Below, piece after piece: positions 1 through 9,129 of a stretch of DNA of 64,000 nucleotides. The position numbers and the translations under genes were made by a program. Location: assembly GCA_038258425.1 (NCBI GenBank), contig JBBSPV010000020.1:663-64662 (forward strand). The letters are read 5' to 3'. Source of the stretch: Solirubrobacterales bacterium (GTDB lineage: Bacteria; Actinomycetota; Thermoleophilia; Solirubrobacterales; Solirubrobacteraceae). Every line of letters begins with the position of its first letter. The first letter of the stretch is position 1. The notes under the pieces were generated by a model. That model was not told the origin of the DNA. It ran no database searches and saw only the letters and a list, made by a program, of their open reading frames with translations.

Positions 1-1366
1 TGGCGTCGTAGCGGCCGGTGGCCGGGTCGTGCTCGAACATCGGGAAGTCGACGACCCACAGCAGCTCGTGGCGGTCCTCGAAGAGCTCGAAGCGGCGCGC
101 GATCTCGAGCCGCAGCTCGCCGGCGACCGTGGCCGCGACGGGCTCGGCGTCGGCGACGAGCAGCAGCAGATCCCCCGGGCCGGCCATGAGCGCCCGCGAG
201 ATGGCGGCGCGCTCCGGTTCGCCGAGCGGCCCGGCCGAGGTCCGCTCCCAGCTCCCCTCGGTGCCGGCGACCGCCCACACGAGCCCCTTGGCCCCGAAGC
301 GCTTCGCATGCTCGGTGAGCTCGTCGAGCTCGCGGCGGACCACTTCCCGGGCTCCCGCGTTGAACCCGCGCACGACGCCGCCCGCCGCCAGCGCGCCGGC
401 GAAGACGCGGAACTCCGTGGCCGCCACGGCGTCGCCGAGGTCGGCGATCTCCAGGCCGAAGCGCAGGTCCGGCTTGTCCGAGCCGTAGCGCAGCATCGCC
501 TCGGCGTGGGACAGCCGCGGCCACGGCGCGGGCGGACAGGCGAAGCCGGCATCCTCGAAGACCCGCGCGAGCAGCCCCTCGGTGACCGCGACGACGTCCT
601 CCTCATCGACGAAGGACATCTCGAGGTCGAGCTGCGTGAACTCGGGCTGGCGGTCGGCGCGCAGGTCCTCGTCGCGGAAGCAGCGCGCGATCTGGTAATA
701 GCGCTCGACCCCGGCGACCATCAGCAGCTGCTTGAACAGCTGGGGCGACTGCGGCAGCGCGTAGAACGAGCCGGGCGCCAGCCGGGAGGGCACGAGGAAG
801 TCGCGCGCGCCCTCCGGCGTCGAGCGCGTGAGGTCCGGCGTCTCGACGTCGAGGAAGTCGTGGGCGTTGAGGTAGTCGCGCATCGCGCGCGTGACCACGT
901 GGCGCAGCTGGAGGTTGCGCGCCATCTGCGGGCGGCGGAGGTCGACCACGCGGTGGCGCAGGCGCAGCAGCTCGTCGACCGGGCCCTCGTCGTCGACCGG
1001 GAACGGCGGCGTGTCGGCCTCCGCCAGGCGCTCGGCCGTGGCCACCGAGAGCTCGATCTCGCCCGTGGCGAGGTTCGGGTTCACGTTGCCCGGCTCGCGT
1101 GCGACCACGGCTCCCCGTGCGCTGAGCACGTGCTCGGCGCGCAGCGTCTCGGCCAGCGCGTGCGCCTCGTCCGCAGAGGCCGTCCCGCCCGCCCCGAAGA
1201 CGAGCTGGACGAGGCCCGTGCGGTCGCGCAGGTCGATGAAGATCAGCCCGCCGTGGTCGCGGCGGCGGTGCACCCAGCCGGCGACACGGACCTCGGCGCC
1301 CACGTCGGCGGCGCGCAGGTCTCCCGCCCAGCGGTCGCGGTAGCCGTTGGCGCGCGGCGGTCGCAC
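1..1366 (-). CDS. aspS: aspartate--tRNA ligase, N-terminal ~455 codons (C-terminus runs off the window start)
   Basis: My own minus-strand translation from GTG at 1366 gives GWVHRRRDHGGLIFIDLRD, FYALPQSPQLFKQLLM and RYYQIARCFRDEDLRADRQPEFTQLD. These are class II AspRS signatures. The gene is absent from the ORF track because no stop lies in the window. Its start overlaps the hisS stop (TAGTG). Confidence 0.9.
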   Translation of the reverse strand, partial: MRPPRANGYRDRWAGDLRAADVGAEVRVAGWVHRRRDHGGLIFIDLRDRTGLVQLVFGAGGTASADEAHALAETLRAEHVLSARGAVVAREPGNVNPNLATGEIELSVATAERLAEADTPPFPVDDEGPVDELLRLRHRVVDLRRPQMARNLQLRHVVTRAMRDYLNAHDFLDVETPDLTRSTPEGARDFLVPSRLAPGSFYALPQSPQLFKQLLMVAGVERYYQIARCFRDEDLRADRQPEFTQLDLEMSFVDEEDVVAVTEGLLARVFEDAGFACPPAPWPRLSHAEAMLRYGSDKPDLRFGLEIADLGDAVAATEFRVFAGALAAGGVVRGFNAGAREVVRRELDELTEHAKRFGAKGLVWAVAGTEGSWERTSAGPLGEPERAAISRALMAGPGDLLLLVADAEPVAATVAGELRLEIARRFELFEDRHELLWVVDFPMFEHDPATGRYDA

Positions 1367-2607
1367 TACAGCCAGTTCCGCATGTGGTGGATCACGGAGT
1401 CGACCCCGACGGTCTGCTGGTCGCCGGACTCCATGTCCCGCAGCACCGCGCCCTCGTCGGAGATCACGGCAACGTAGCGGGCGCCGATCCGGTCGGCCTG
1501 CTTGAGCACGCCCTTGGCCGACCGGCCCGCGAGCTCGAGCTGGGCGGCGTGCCCGACGCGGCGCGCGTCGCCCGCGAGGCGGAAGGCCGCGACCCGGTGC
1601 TCCGGCGCGGCGGCGGCGACGTAGAGGTCCACGGGGACCGGCGCGACAGGAGCGCGCTCGGAGGCCAGCAGCATCCGCTCGACGCCTGCGGCCCAGCCGC
1701 AGCCGGGCGTCGGCTTCCCGCCGAGCTGCTCCACCAGGCCGTCGTAGCGCCCGCCGCCGCCCACGGCGCTCTGCGCGCCGAGAGCATCGGAGGTGAACTC
1801 GAACAGGGTGTGGGTGTAGTAGTCGAGGCCGCGCACGAGCGTCGGATCGAGCTCGTAGGCCACCCCGACGGCGTCGAGGCGCTCGCACACGGCGGCGAAG
1901 TGCTCGATGTCGTCGCCGCTCAGGCGGTGCAGCAGCCGGGGGGCATCGGCCATCACCGCCCGCGTGCCGGGATGGTCGGCGTCGAAGGCGCGCAGCGGGT
2001 TGAGCTCGATGCGGTCGCGAACCTCGGCGGACAGCTCGCCGGCCCGCCCCCGCAGGTAGGACTGCAGCTCCTCGCGGTACGCGGCGCGCGACGCGGGCGT
2101 CCCGAGGCTCGTGAGCCGCAGCCGGACCCCCTGGACCCCGAGTGCCTCGTAGAGCTCGGAGAGTAGGACGATGAGCTCCGCGTCGACACCCGGGTCGTCC
2201 GACCCGATCGCCTCGGCCCCGACCTGCCAGAACTGGCGAAAGCGCCCCGCCTGCGGCTGCTCGGCCCGAAAGAACGACTCGAGGTACCAGAGCTTCACGG
2301 GCTGGGGGCGCTTGTGCATCCCGTGCTCCATGTAGGCCCGGCAGACCGGCGCGGTGCCCTCGGGACGCAGGGTCAGCGACCGGCCGCCGGCGTCCTGGAA
2401 CGAGTACATCTCCTTGGAGACGATGTCCGTGGAGCGCCCGACGCCGCGGGCGAAGAGCTCCGTCGCCTCGAACGTCGGCGTCTCGATGCGCGCGTAGCCC
2501 GCGCGCTCGAGGATCGCCTGGGCGGTGGCGGTGAGCGCGTCGCGGGCGAGCGCGTCGTCGCCGAGCACGTCGAACGTGCCCTTCGGGACCTGCAGCCGCT
2601 CGCTCAA
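1366..2607 (-). CDS. hisS: histidine--tRNA ligase
   Basis: The C-terminal ~414 aa of ORF 1366..3009 read as HisRS (LRPEGTAPVCRAY, FFRAEQPQAGRFRQFWQVG, GGGRYDGLV). The first 134 ORF codons are Arg/Pro-rich and overlap the upstream gene. TTG at 2607 overlaps the upstream TGA (TTGA). Confidence 0.9.
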   Translation of the reverse strand: MSERLQVPKGTFDVLGDDALARDALTATAQAILERAGYARIETPTFEATELFARGVGRSTDIVSKEMYSFQDAGGRSLTLRPEGTAPVCRAYMEHGMHKRPQPVKLWYLESFFRAEQPQAGRFRQFWQVGAEAIGSDDPGVDAELIVLLSELYEALGVQGVRLRLTSLGTPASRAAYREELQSYLRGRAGELSAEVRDRIELNPLRAFDADHPGTRAVMADAPRLLHRLSGDDIEHFAAVCERLDAVGVAYELDPTLVRGLDYYTHTLFEFTSDALGAQSAVGGGGRYDGLVEQLGGKPTPGCGWAAGVERMLLASERAPVAPVPVDLYVAAAAPEHRVAAFRLAGDARRVGHAAQLELAGRSAKGVLKQADRIGARYVAVISDEGAVLRDMESGDQQTVGVDSVIHHMRNWL

Positions 2608-3236
2608 ACGAGCTCTTGGAGGAAGGGGTTGGTGGCGCGCTCGGCGCCGAGCGTCGTCGGGCCCATGTGCCCCGGCAGCACGCGCGTCTCGTCGGGCAGG
2701 CGCTCGAGGAGCATGGCGATGGACTCCAGCAGGCGGCCGTGGTCGCCGCCCGGCAGGTCCGTCCGGCCCACGGAGCCCTGGAAGAGCACGTCGCCACCGA
2801 ACAGCGCGGCGTCCTCGGCCACGTGGTAGGCGACGTGGCCCGGTGAGTGGCCGGGGACGAAGAGGACCTCGAGCTCGAGGCCGGCGAGCCGCAGCGTCTC
2901 GCCGCCGGCGACGGTGTGGTCGGCCTCGTAGGCCTCCAGCGGGCCGAAGCCGGGGAACAGGTAGTCGTTGATGTTGGCGAGCACCTCGACCTCGGCTTCC
3001 GGGCACCACACGGGCGCGCCCGTCGCGCGCGCGAGGGCGGCGACCGCGCCGACGTGATCGAAGTGCGTGTGGGTCAGCAGGATCGCCTCGACGCGCAGGC
3101 CCTCGGCCTCGATCGCCTCGAGCAGGCGCTCCGCCTCGTCGCCGGGGTCCACCACGAGGGCGGCGTCGGACCCGTCGGCGTTGAAGATGAAGCAGTTCTC
3201 CTGCAGCGGCCCCACCGTGGCCATGCGGATCTTCAT
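2604..3236 (-). CDS. MBL-fold metallo-hydrolase (hydroxyacylglutathione hydrolase-like)
   Basis: HTHFDH (HxHxDH) and GHSPGH motifs. I place the start at MKIRM (ATG 3236), which overlaps the upstream stop as ATGA. Confidence 0.8.
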   Translation of the reverse strand: MKIRMATVGPLQENCFIFNADGSDAALVVDPGDEAERLLEAIEAEGLRVEAILLTHTHFDHVGAVAALARATGAPVWCPEAEVEVLANINDYLFPGFGPLEAYEADHTVAGGETLRLAGLELEVLFVPGHSPGHVAYHVAEDAALFGGDVLFQGSVGRTDLPGGDHGRLLESIAMLLERLPDETRVLPGHMGPTTLGAERATNPFLQELV

Positions 3237-3598
3237 CGCCGGCGCGCGCCGCCCGTCTGCTGCCGGAGCTTGCGGGTGTAGATCCATTTGTCCGTGAGGT
3301 ACATGATCGGCGTGTAGAGCAGCAGCGCCACCGCGGACATCAGCAGCGCCTGGCCCGTCGTCGTGCCCTTGGAGAGGAAGCGGAAGAAGGCGAAGAGGAT
3401 CGCCGCCCCGATCAGCGCCTTGACGGCCGAGGACTGCAGCGTCGGCGGGCGCAGCTCGCGCGCCCCGCCCCGGCCGCCCTTCGTCCCGGCCGGTCGCGGC
3501 GCCCCGTCGCGCGGCTTGCTCGTGCGCCCGCGGACCTCGACCGCGCCCGCGGCGTTTCCCCGGTGCTTCGTCCGGCGCTTGCGCTTGGTCTGGGCCAT
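3233..3598 (-). CDS. small membrane protein with basic N-terminus, unknown function
   Basis: 121-aa ORF with a Lys/Arg-rich N-terminal 45 aa followed by two hydrophobic helices (ALIGAAILFAFF, LLMSAVALLLYTPIMY). It is translationally coupled to the MBL gene. Confidence 0.55.
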   Translation of the reverse strand: MAQTKRKRRTKHRGNAAGAVEVRGRTSKPRDGAPRPAGTKGGRGGARELRPPTLQSSAVKALIGAAILFAFFRFLSKGTTTGQALLMSAVALLLYTPIMYLTDKWIYTRKLRQQTGGARRR

Positions 3599-3607
3599 TG
3601 GGGGAGT

Positions 3608-4441
3608 CTACGTGGCGAGGGCCCGTTCGAGGAGCTGCCGGGCGGGCTCGAATCCGGGCATCGGCACGTCGGCCGGGAAGTCCGCGAACGCCCGCTCGGG
3701 CGCGAGGCCAACGAGCTCCGCGCGCGCCACGGCCGCGTGGCGGCGGACGGCCGCGACGACCTGGCCGGGCGTCGCCCGCTCGAGCGCCTCGACGTTCGTG
3801 CTCACCTGCGCCGCGCCGCTGAGCTGGACGCCGAGGGCGCGGACGCCGGGCAGCCCCTCGGCCCCGCCCTCGCGGATGCGGGCGGCGATGGCGCGGGCGT
3901 CGGCGACGTCGTGGGCCGGGCCGAGCTGCACGTTGAAGGCGATCAGCGGTGGACGGGCGGTCACGAGCGTCGCGCCGGCGCTCGCGTGCGCGGGCGGCCC
4001 GAAGTCCGGGGGCCGCCCATCGAGGCCGCCGGGGCGGCGCAGCTCGGCGCGGGTGCGGCCGCCGCCGAGCTCGCCGTAGAGGTGGACCGGCAGCCCGAGC
4101 TCGTGCCCGAGCCGGTCGGCGAGCACGAGCGCCTCGGCGATCGCCGCACCGCGCTCGGCCGGGTCCGCGAAGACGATCGGCGCGACGTCGAGCGCCCCGA
4201 CGCGCGGGTGCACGCCCGCGTGCCGGCGCAGGTCGATCCGCGCGACCGCCTCCCGGGCGCCGGCGAGCACGGCGCCGGCGAGCAGGCCGGGGCCGGCGGC
4301 GAGGGAGAACACTGCGCGGTGGTGGTCGGCGTCGGCGTGGAGGTCGAGCACGCGCGCGCCGCCGGCCGCGAAGGCCGCGCCGATGGCGTCCAGCGCCGCC
4401 GCGTCCCGGCCCTCGGAGACGTTGGGAACCGCGAGCAGCAC
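3608..4441 (-). CDS. glutamate formimidoyltransferase (formiminotransferase domain protein)
   Basis: The N-terminal hallmark VPNVSEGRD is followed by a two-subdomain FT-like sequence. The ORF extends to 4525, but GTG at 4441 (VLLAVPNVSEGRD) gives the canonical N-terminus. The start is uncertain. Confidence 0.75.
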   Translation of the reverse strand: MLLAVPNVSEGRDAAALDAIGAAFAAGGARVLDLHADADHHRAVFSLAAGPGLLAGAVLAGAREAVARIDLRRHAGVHPRVGALDVAPIVFADPAERGAAIAEALVLADRLGHELGLPVHLYGELGGGRTRAELRRPGGLDGRPPDFGPPAHASAGATLVTARPPLIAFNVQLGPAHDVADARAIAARIREGGAEGLPGVRALGVQLSGAAQVSTNVEALERATPGQVVAAVRRHAAVARAELVGLAPERAFADFPADVPMPGFEPARQLLERALAT

Positions 4442-4499
4442 GGCGGCGAGGCTAGGTGACTGCGTGGCGCTCGGGCGCGGGCGCGCCCTGGGGGTCGGG

Positions 4500-5080
4500 G
4501 TGGGGGTGGTCGAGGTTAGGGACAACCATGGGCCTCAACCTCGACCACCTCGCGCGGGGCTTGACGCCGGCGCCCCGGCAGGCTCGTCGTCACGTTCTAC
4601 CCTGGCGGCCGTTCCCGAGCCGCCGAACAAGCCCGACACGCTCGACCCCGAGGTCGTCGAGCGCCTGATTACCCGCGACCTCGAGGAGCACCGGGGCAAG
4701 CCGCTCTCGCGCCGCACGCTCGAGACCCAGCGCTCCCTGGAGTCCTACCTGCGCGCGGGCATCCGGCCCCGGTGGAGCGAGCGGCTGATGGAGATCGAGC
4801 GCTACACGCGCGAGCACTGGCGCTCGCTCGAGCGGCGGCTGGGACAGCTGCGGGAGTCGATCGCCGACCCCGCCGTCCTCGCCGCCCGCTGGGCCGAGGT
4901 GGCGGCGACGTGGGACTTCGGCCAGGTCAACGACCTCGTCCGCCAGCACAACCAGTGGTACCCGGTCGAGCGCGACCTGCCGATGAACCCGCGCACGGGC
5001 GAGTACCTGCCGGTGATGGGCCGCTCCTACCGGCGGTCGGAGCTCGACGCGGCGTGGGTGCTGCGAGAGTTCCCCGCCTG

Positions 5081-5081
<1 letters not shown>
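4500..5081 (+). CDS. conserved hypothetical protein
   Basis: The C-terminal ~150 aa of ORF 4383..5081 look like real protein (LDPEVVERLITRDLEEH...QHNQWYPVERDLPMNPRTGEY). The start is unresolved (GTG 4500/4506 or later). The stop overlaps the next gene's ATG (TGATG). Confidence 0.5.
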
Positions 5082-6088
<1,007 letters not shown>

Positions 6089-6127
6089 GAATCGACCGCG
6101 GCCCGCTCGCTATCCTGCCGCCTCCCC

Positions 6128-6201
6128 GCCGGAGTAGCTCAGTCGGTTAGAGCAGCGGAATCATAATCCGCGTGTCGGGGGTTCGAGTCCCTCCTCCGGC
6201 A
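6128..6201 (+). tRNA. tRNA with CAT anticodon (elongator Met, or Ile2 if lysidine-modified; not initiator)
   Basis: Manual cloverleaf: acceptor GCCGGAG/CTCCGGC, D-arm TAGCTCAGTCGGTTAGAGCA, anticodon stem GCGGA/TCCGC with loop ATCATAA, T-arm GGGGGTTCGAGTCCCTC. The 1-72 pair is G-C and the anticodon stem lacks a GGG run, so it is not tRNA-fMet. No CCA is encoded. Confidence 0.9.
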
Positions 6202-6284
6202 TCGCAGATTGGCTGCAAGCGGGCGACTTCGCCAGTGAACGGCAAAGGCCATTTGCCGATCGTGTTCCAAAGGACGGGTACCGT

Positions 6285-6515
6285 TTGTGCATGGCGACGG
6301 CCGTTCCGACGGGGCACGTCATCCTCCACTGGGGCGCTCGTCGACCGGTGGGGTGGGCCCTCTACCGGCTCCCCGACGGCAGACGGGTGCAGCGCACCAT
6401 CGGCCCGGCATGGACCGGTCGTGGTCGTCCGCCGGCCGGCCACTTCACGAAGCGACTCGCAGACGACTGGCTCCGCGTTGTGCTCGACCGGGCCCGCGAC
6501 GGCACGCTCCGCTGA
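6285..6515 (+). pseudogene. tyrosine-recombinase (phage-type integrase) N-terminal fragment
   Basis: The 76-aa ORF WALYRLPDGRRVQRTIGPAWTGRGRPPAGHFTKRLADDWLRVVLDRARDGTL matches the N-terminal arm-binding region that I recall from actinobacterial integrases. It then stops, and no catalytic domain follows in any frame. It lies 84 nt after the tRNA. Confidence 0.6.
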
Positions 6516-6690
6516 CGAGCCATGGCTGGAGGCGGCCGGACCGTTGGCACAAACGGCGGCGGTCTTGGCGGTCCAGCCGACTAGAGGGTGGTCGACGATT
6601 ATGCCGACGAACACCAGAAGTGCGCTGCGGCGGAGCCGTCACCCGCCAGCCCATTGCGCCGCGGGCGGGGCGGGACGATGATGGGTCAGC

Positions 6691-7887
6691 GTGTTCGGCG
6701 ACTTGCACTGCCACTACCCCATGCACCTCCTCGGCGAGGATGCGTCGACGACGCACACCTACGACCGGATAGTCCGTGTCCGCCACCGTCACGGCTGGCG
6801 TGACCGGCTGCGTGCTCTGGCGGTCCTCGTGCTCGCACGCCATTTCAACTACCGCGGCCGCGCGGGTCGGCAGTGGCGCGTCGACCTGGCCGGCCTCCAT
6901 ACCGGCGGGGCCCGCCTGGTGCTGTCGGTGCTCTACGTTCCGTGGGCTGAGATCGACCTCGACAAGCCTGCCCTCGCCAACCCGGAGGCCGGTTACTTCG
7001 GTGAGCTCATCGACCACCTCGAGGCCGTGGAGCGTGACCTCGAGGAGGGCCCGCACGCCGGGCTGCAGCAGGTGGTCGGGAGCGCGGTCGAGCTCGACGC
7101 GGCGGTCGCGGCCGACCGGGTCGCCGTCGTGCACTGCGTGGAGGGCGGCTTCCACCTCGGCGCCACCCCGGAAGCGGTCGCTGACAATGTCGCCGAGCTT
7201 GCGCGCCGCGGCGTCGGGTACGTGACGCTCGCGCACCTCTTCTACCGGGGTGTGGCCACCAACGCCCCGGCGCTGCCGATGTTCTCCGACGCCTGGTATG
7301 ACCGCTTGTTCGGCCAGCCCGACCGAGGTCTGACGGCGCTGGGACGGGCGGCGGTGACGGCGATGTATGAGCAGCGGATCCTCATCGACGTCAGCCACAT
7401 GCGCGCCGGCGCCCTGACGGAAACCTTTGCGCTGCTCGACGAGCTCGACGCCCGCAACGGAACGAATCCGCGCGAGTACCCGGTCATCGCCTCCCATGCG
7501 GGTTATCGCTTCGGCGACCAGTCCTACATGCTCGACGAGCCAACGATCCGCGCCATCGCCGCCCGCGACGGGGTCATCGGCCTGATCCTTGCCCGCCATC
7601 AGCTGCAGGGCGGTCTGTCCGACGGCGAGGGCATCGACCACACGGTCGCGATCATGCGCCGCCACGTCGACCGGATCGCCGAGATCACCGGCTCGCATGC
7701 GCACACCGGCCTCGGTTCCGATCTCGACGGGTTCATCAAGCCGACGATGGGCGGCATCGAGACTGCGGTCGATCTCGCCCGTCTCGAGGACGGCATCCGT
7801 GAGGCCTATCCGACCGACGCCGACGCGATCCTCTTCGACAACGCCCGCCGGGTGGTGACGCGGGTGCTCGCCCAACGCGTCGCCTGA
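6691..7887 (+). CDS. membrane-dipeptidase-like (peptidase M19 family) metallohydrolase
   Basis: GDLHCH at the N-terminus, HCVEGG, IDVSH, and a C-terminal HTGLGSDLDG...ILFDNARRV typical of the renal-dipeptidase fold. GTG start. Confidence 0.6.
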   Translation: MFGDLHCHYPMHLLGEDASTTHTYDRIVRVRHRHGWRDRLRALAVLVLARHFNYRGRAGRQWRVDLAGLHTGGARLVLSVLYVPWAEIDLDKPALANPEAGYFGELIDHLEAVERDLEEGPHAGLQQVVGSAVELDAAVAADRVAVVHCVEGGFHLGATPEAVADNVAELARRGVGYVTLAHLFYRGVATNAPALPMFSDAWYDRLFGQPDRGLTALGRAAVTAMYEQRILIDVSHMRAGALTETFALLDELDARNGTNPREYPVIASHAGYRFGDQSYMLDEPTIRAIAARDGVIGLILARHQLQGGLSDGEGIDHTVAIMRRHVDRIAEITGSHAHTGLGSDLDGFIKPTMGGIETAVDLARLEDGIREAYPTDADAILFDNARRVVTRVLAQRVA

Positions 7888-8073
7888 CCAGCGGTGAGCG
7901 GCCGCGGCCCGGGCGGAGTCGGGGGTCAGAGTCAAGGCCGGCGAGGCGCGTCGCCCGGCCTCGGTCGACGGAGAAGGGCATCCGGTCCAGCGCCCTCCCC
8001 GGCGCGCCGCCCCGATGGGGCGATTGGCGCATAGGGCTTGCGGTGGCTCGCGGTTCGCGGGATAACGTGCCGC

Positions 8074-9129
8074 ATGGGCGTCATCAATTCCTGGTGGAGC
8101 TGGTGGCAGGCGCAGAAGCGCAAGCGCACCGGCCGTGAGATCGCTGCGGCGCTCGATCGCGCCTACGCGGCGGCCCCGACCCGCACCTTGGACGCCCGTG
8201 CGGATCGACTGGTCGTCTTCTCCGACCATCACAAGGGGGCGCGGGACGGCGCCGATGATTTCCAGCGCTCCGAGCGCACCTACAACGCCGCCTTGACCTA
8301 CTACGACGCATTGGGCTTTTACCTCCTCGAGCTTGGCGACGTGGAGGAGCTGTGGGAGAACACCTTCGAGGAGGTCGCTGCGAGCTACCCGGCCACGTTG
8401 CAGCTGGCAGCCGCTTTCCACGCCCGCGGCGGGTACACGCGCATGTGGGGCAACCATGACCTGGCCTGGAAGGACACCCAGTTGTTCAAGGCGCGCATGG
8501 GGACGTTCGGCTACGACGGCGTCGCCCCGATCGAGGCGCTGCGGCTCGTCGTGGACGGCTCCGGCGGCGGCGAGCTGTTTCTCGTGCATGGACACCAGGG
8601 CACCGCCGACAGCGACCGCCACGCCACGCTGAGCCGCCTGTTCGTCCACTACGGCTGGCGCAGCCTGCAGCGGCTGCTTGACCGGCCGTGGAACAGCCCG
8701 TCCATGGACTGGGAGCTGCGCGGCGAGCACGCGCAGCACATGGCGTACTGGGCGACGGAACGCCATCGCGTCGTGGTCGCCGGCCATACCCACCTGCCCG
8801 TCTTCTTCGGGCACGAAAAACCGCTCCCGGCCCCGCCGGAGCAGGACGACGGCCCGACGGACACAGCGGAGGCCGAGGCCCTCAGCGCCGCGCGCGCGGA
8901 ATGGGCCAAGGCGGAGCTCGAACGGCTCAAGCGCCAGCGTCCGATCCCGCTGACGACCCCGTGCTATTTCAACACCGGCTGCTGCTCGTTCGGGGACGGC
9001 GACATCACCGGGATCGAGCTCGCCGACGGTCAGATCCGGCTCGTGCGGTGGCCGTGTGACCCGCAGACCGAGCGCGTCGAGCTTGCGGCGATGGAGCTCG
9101 ACGAGGTATTCGCCGCCACGCGCGACTAA
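8074..9129 (+). CDS. calcineurin-like metallophosphoesterase
   Basis: The motif series VVFSDHHKG, GDVEELW, GNHD, VHGHQG, AGHTH is present. I place the start at ATG 8074 (MGVINSWW) rather than the TTG at 8038. Confidence 0.75.
   Translation: MGVINSWWSWWQAQKRKRTGREIAAALDRAYAAAPTRTLDARADRLVVFSDHHKGARDGADDFQRSERTYNAALTYYDALGFYLLELGDVEELWENTFEEVAASYPATLQLAAAFHARGGYTRMWGNHDLAWKDTQLFKARMGTFGYDGVAPIEALRLVVDGSGGGELFLVHGHQGTADSDRHATLSRLFVHYGWRSLQRLLDRPWNSPSMDWELRGEHAQHMAYWATERHRVVVAGHTHLPVFFGHEKPLPAPPEQDDGPTDTAEAEALSAARAEWAKAELERLKRQRPIPLTTPCYFNTGCCSFGDGDITGIELADGQIRLVRWPCDPQTERVELAAMELDEVFAATRD

Noticed and set aside
29-1477. 482-aa + strand ORF covering the start of the window
   Set aside because: It is the antisense shadow of aspS. 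Its translation is Arg/Gly/Pro/Asp-rich with no motifs, while the minus strand gives textbook AspRS motifs.
7936-7960. The hairpin GGCCGGCGA-GGCGCG-TCGCCCGGCC after the dipeptidase gene, considered as a terminator
   Set aside because: The stem needs a bulge and has no U-tract. Similar imperfect GC hairpins are frequent in this DNA. It is too weak to list as a feature.
6445-8814. 789-aa minus-strand ORF across the dipeptidase and phosphoesterase genes
   Set aside because: It is a typical long spurious ORF of GC-rich DNA, with Arg/Gly/Pro/Ala composition. The + strand ORFs carry recognisable catalytic motifs.
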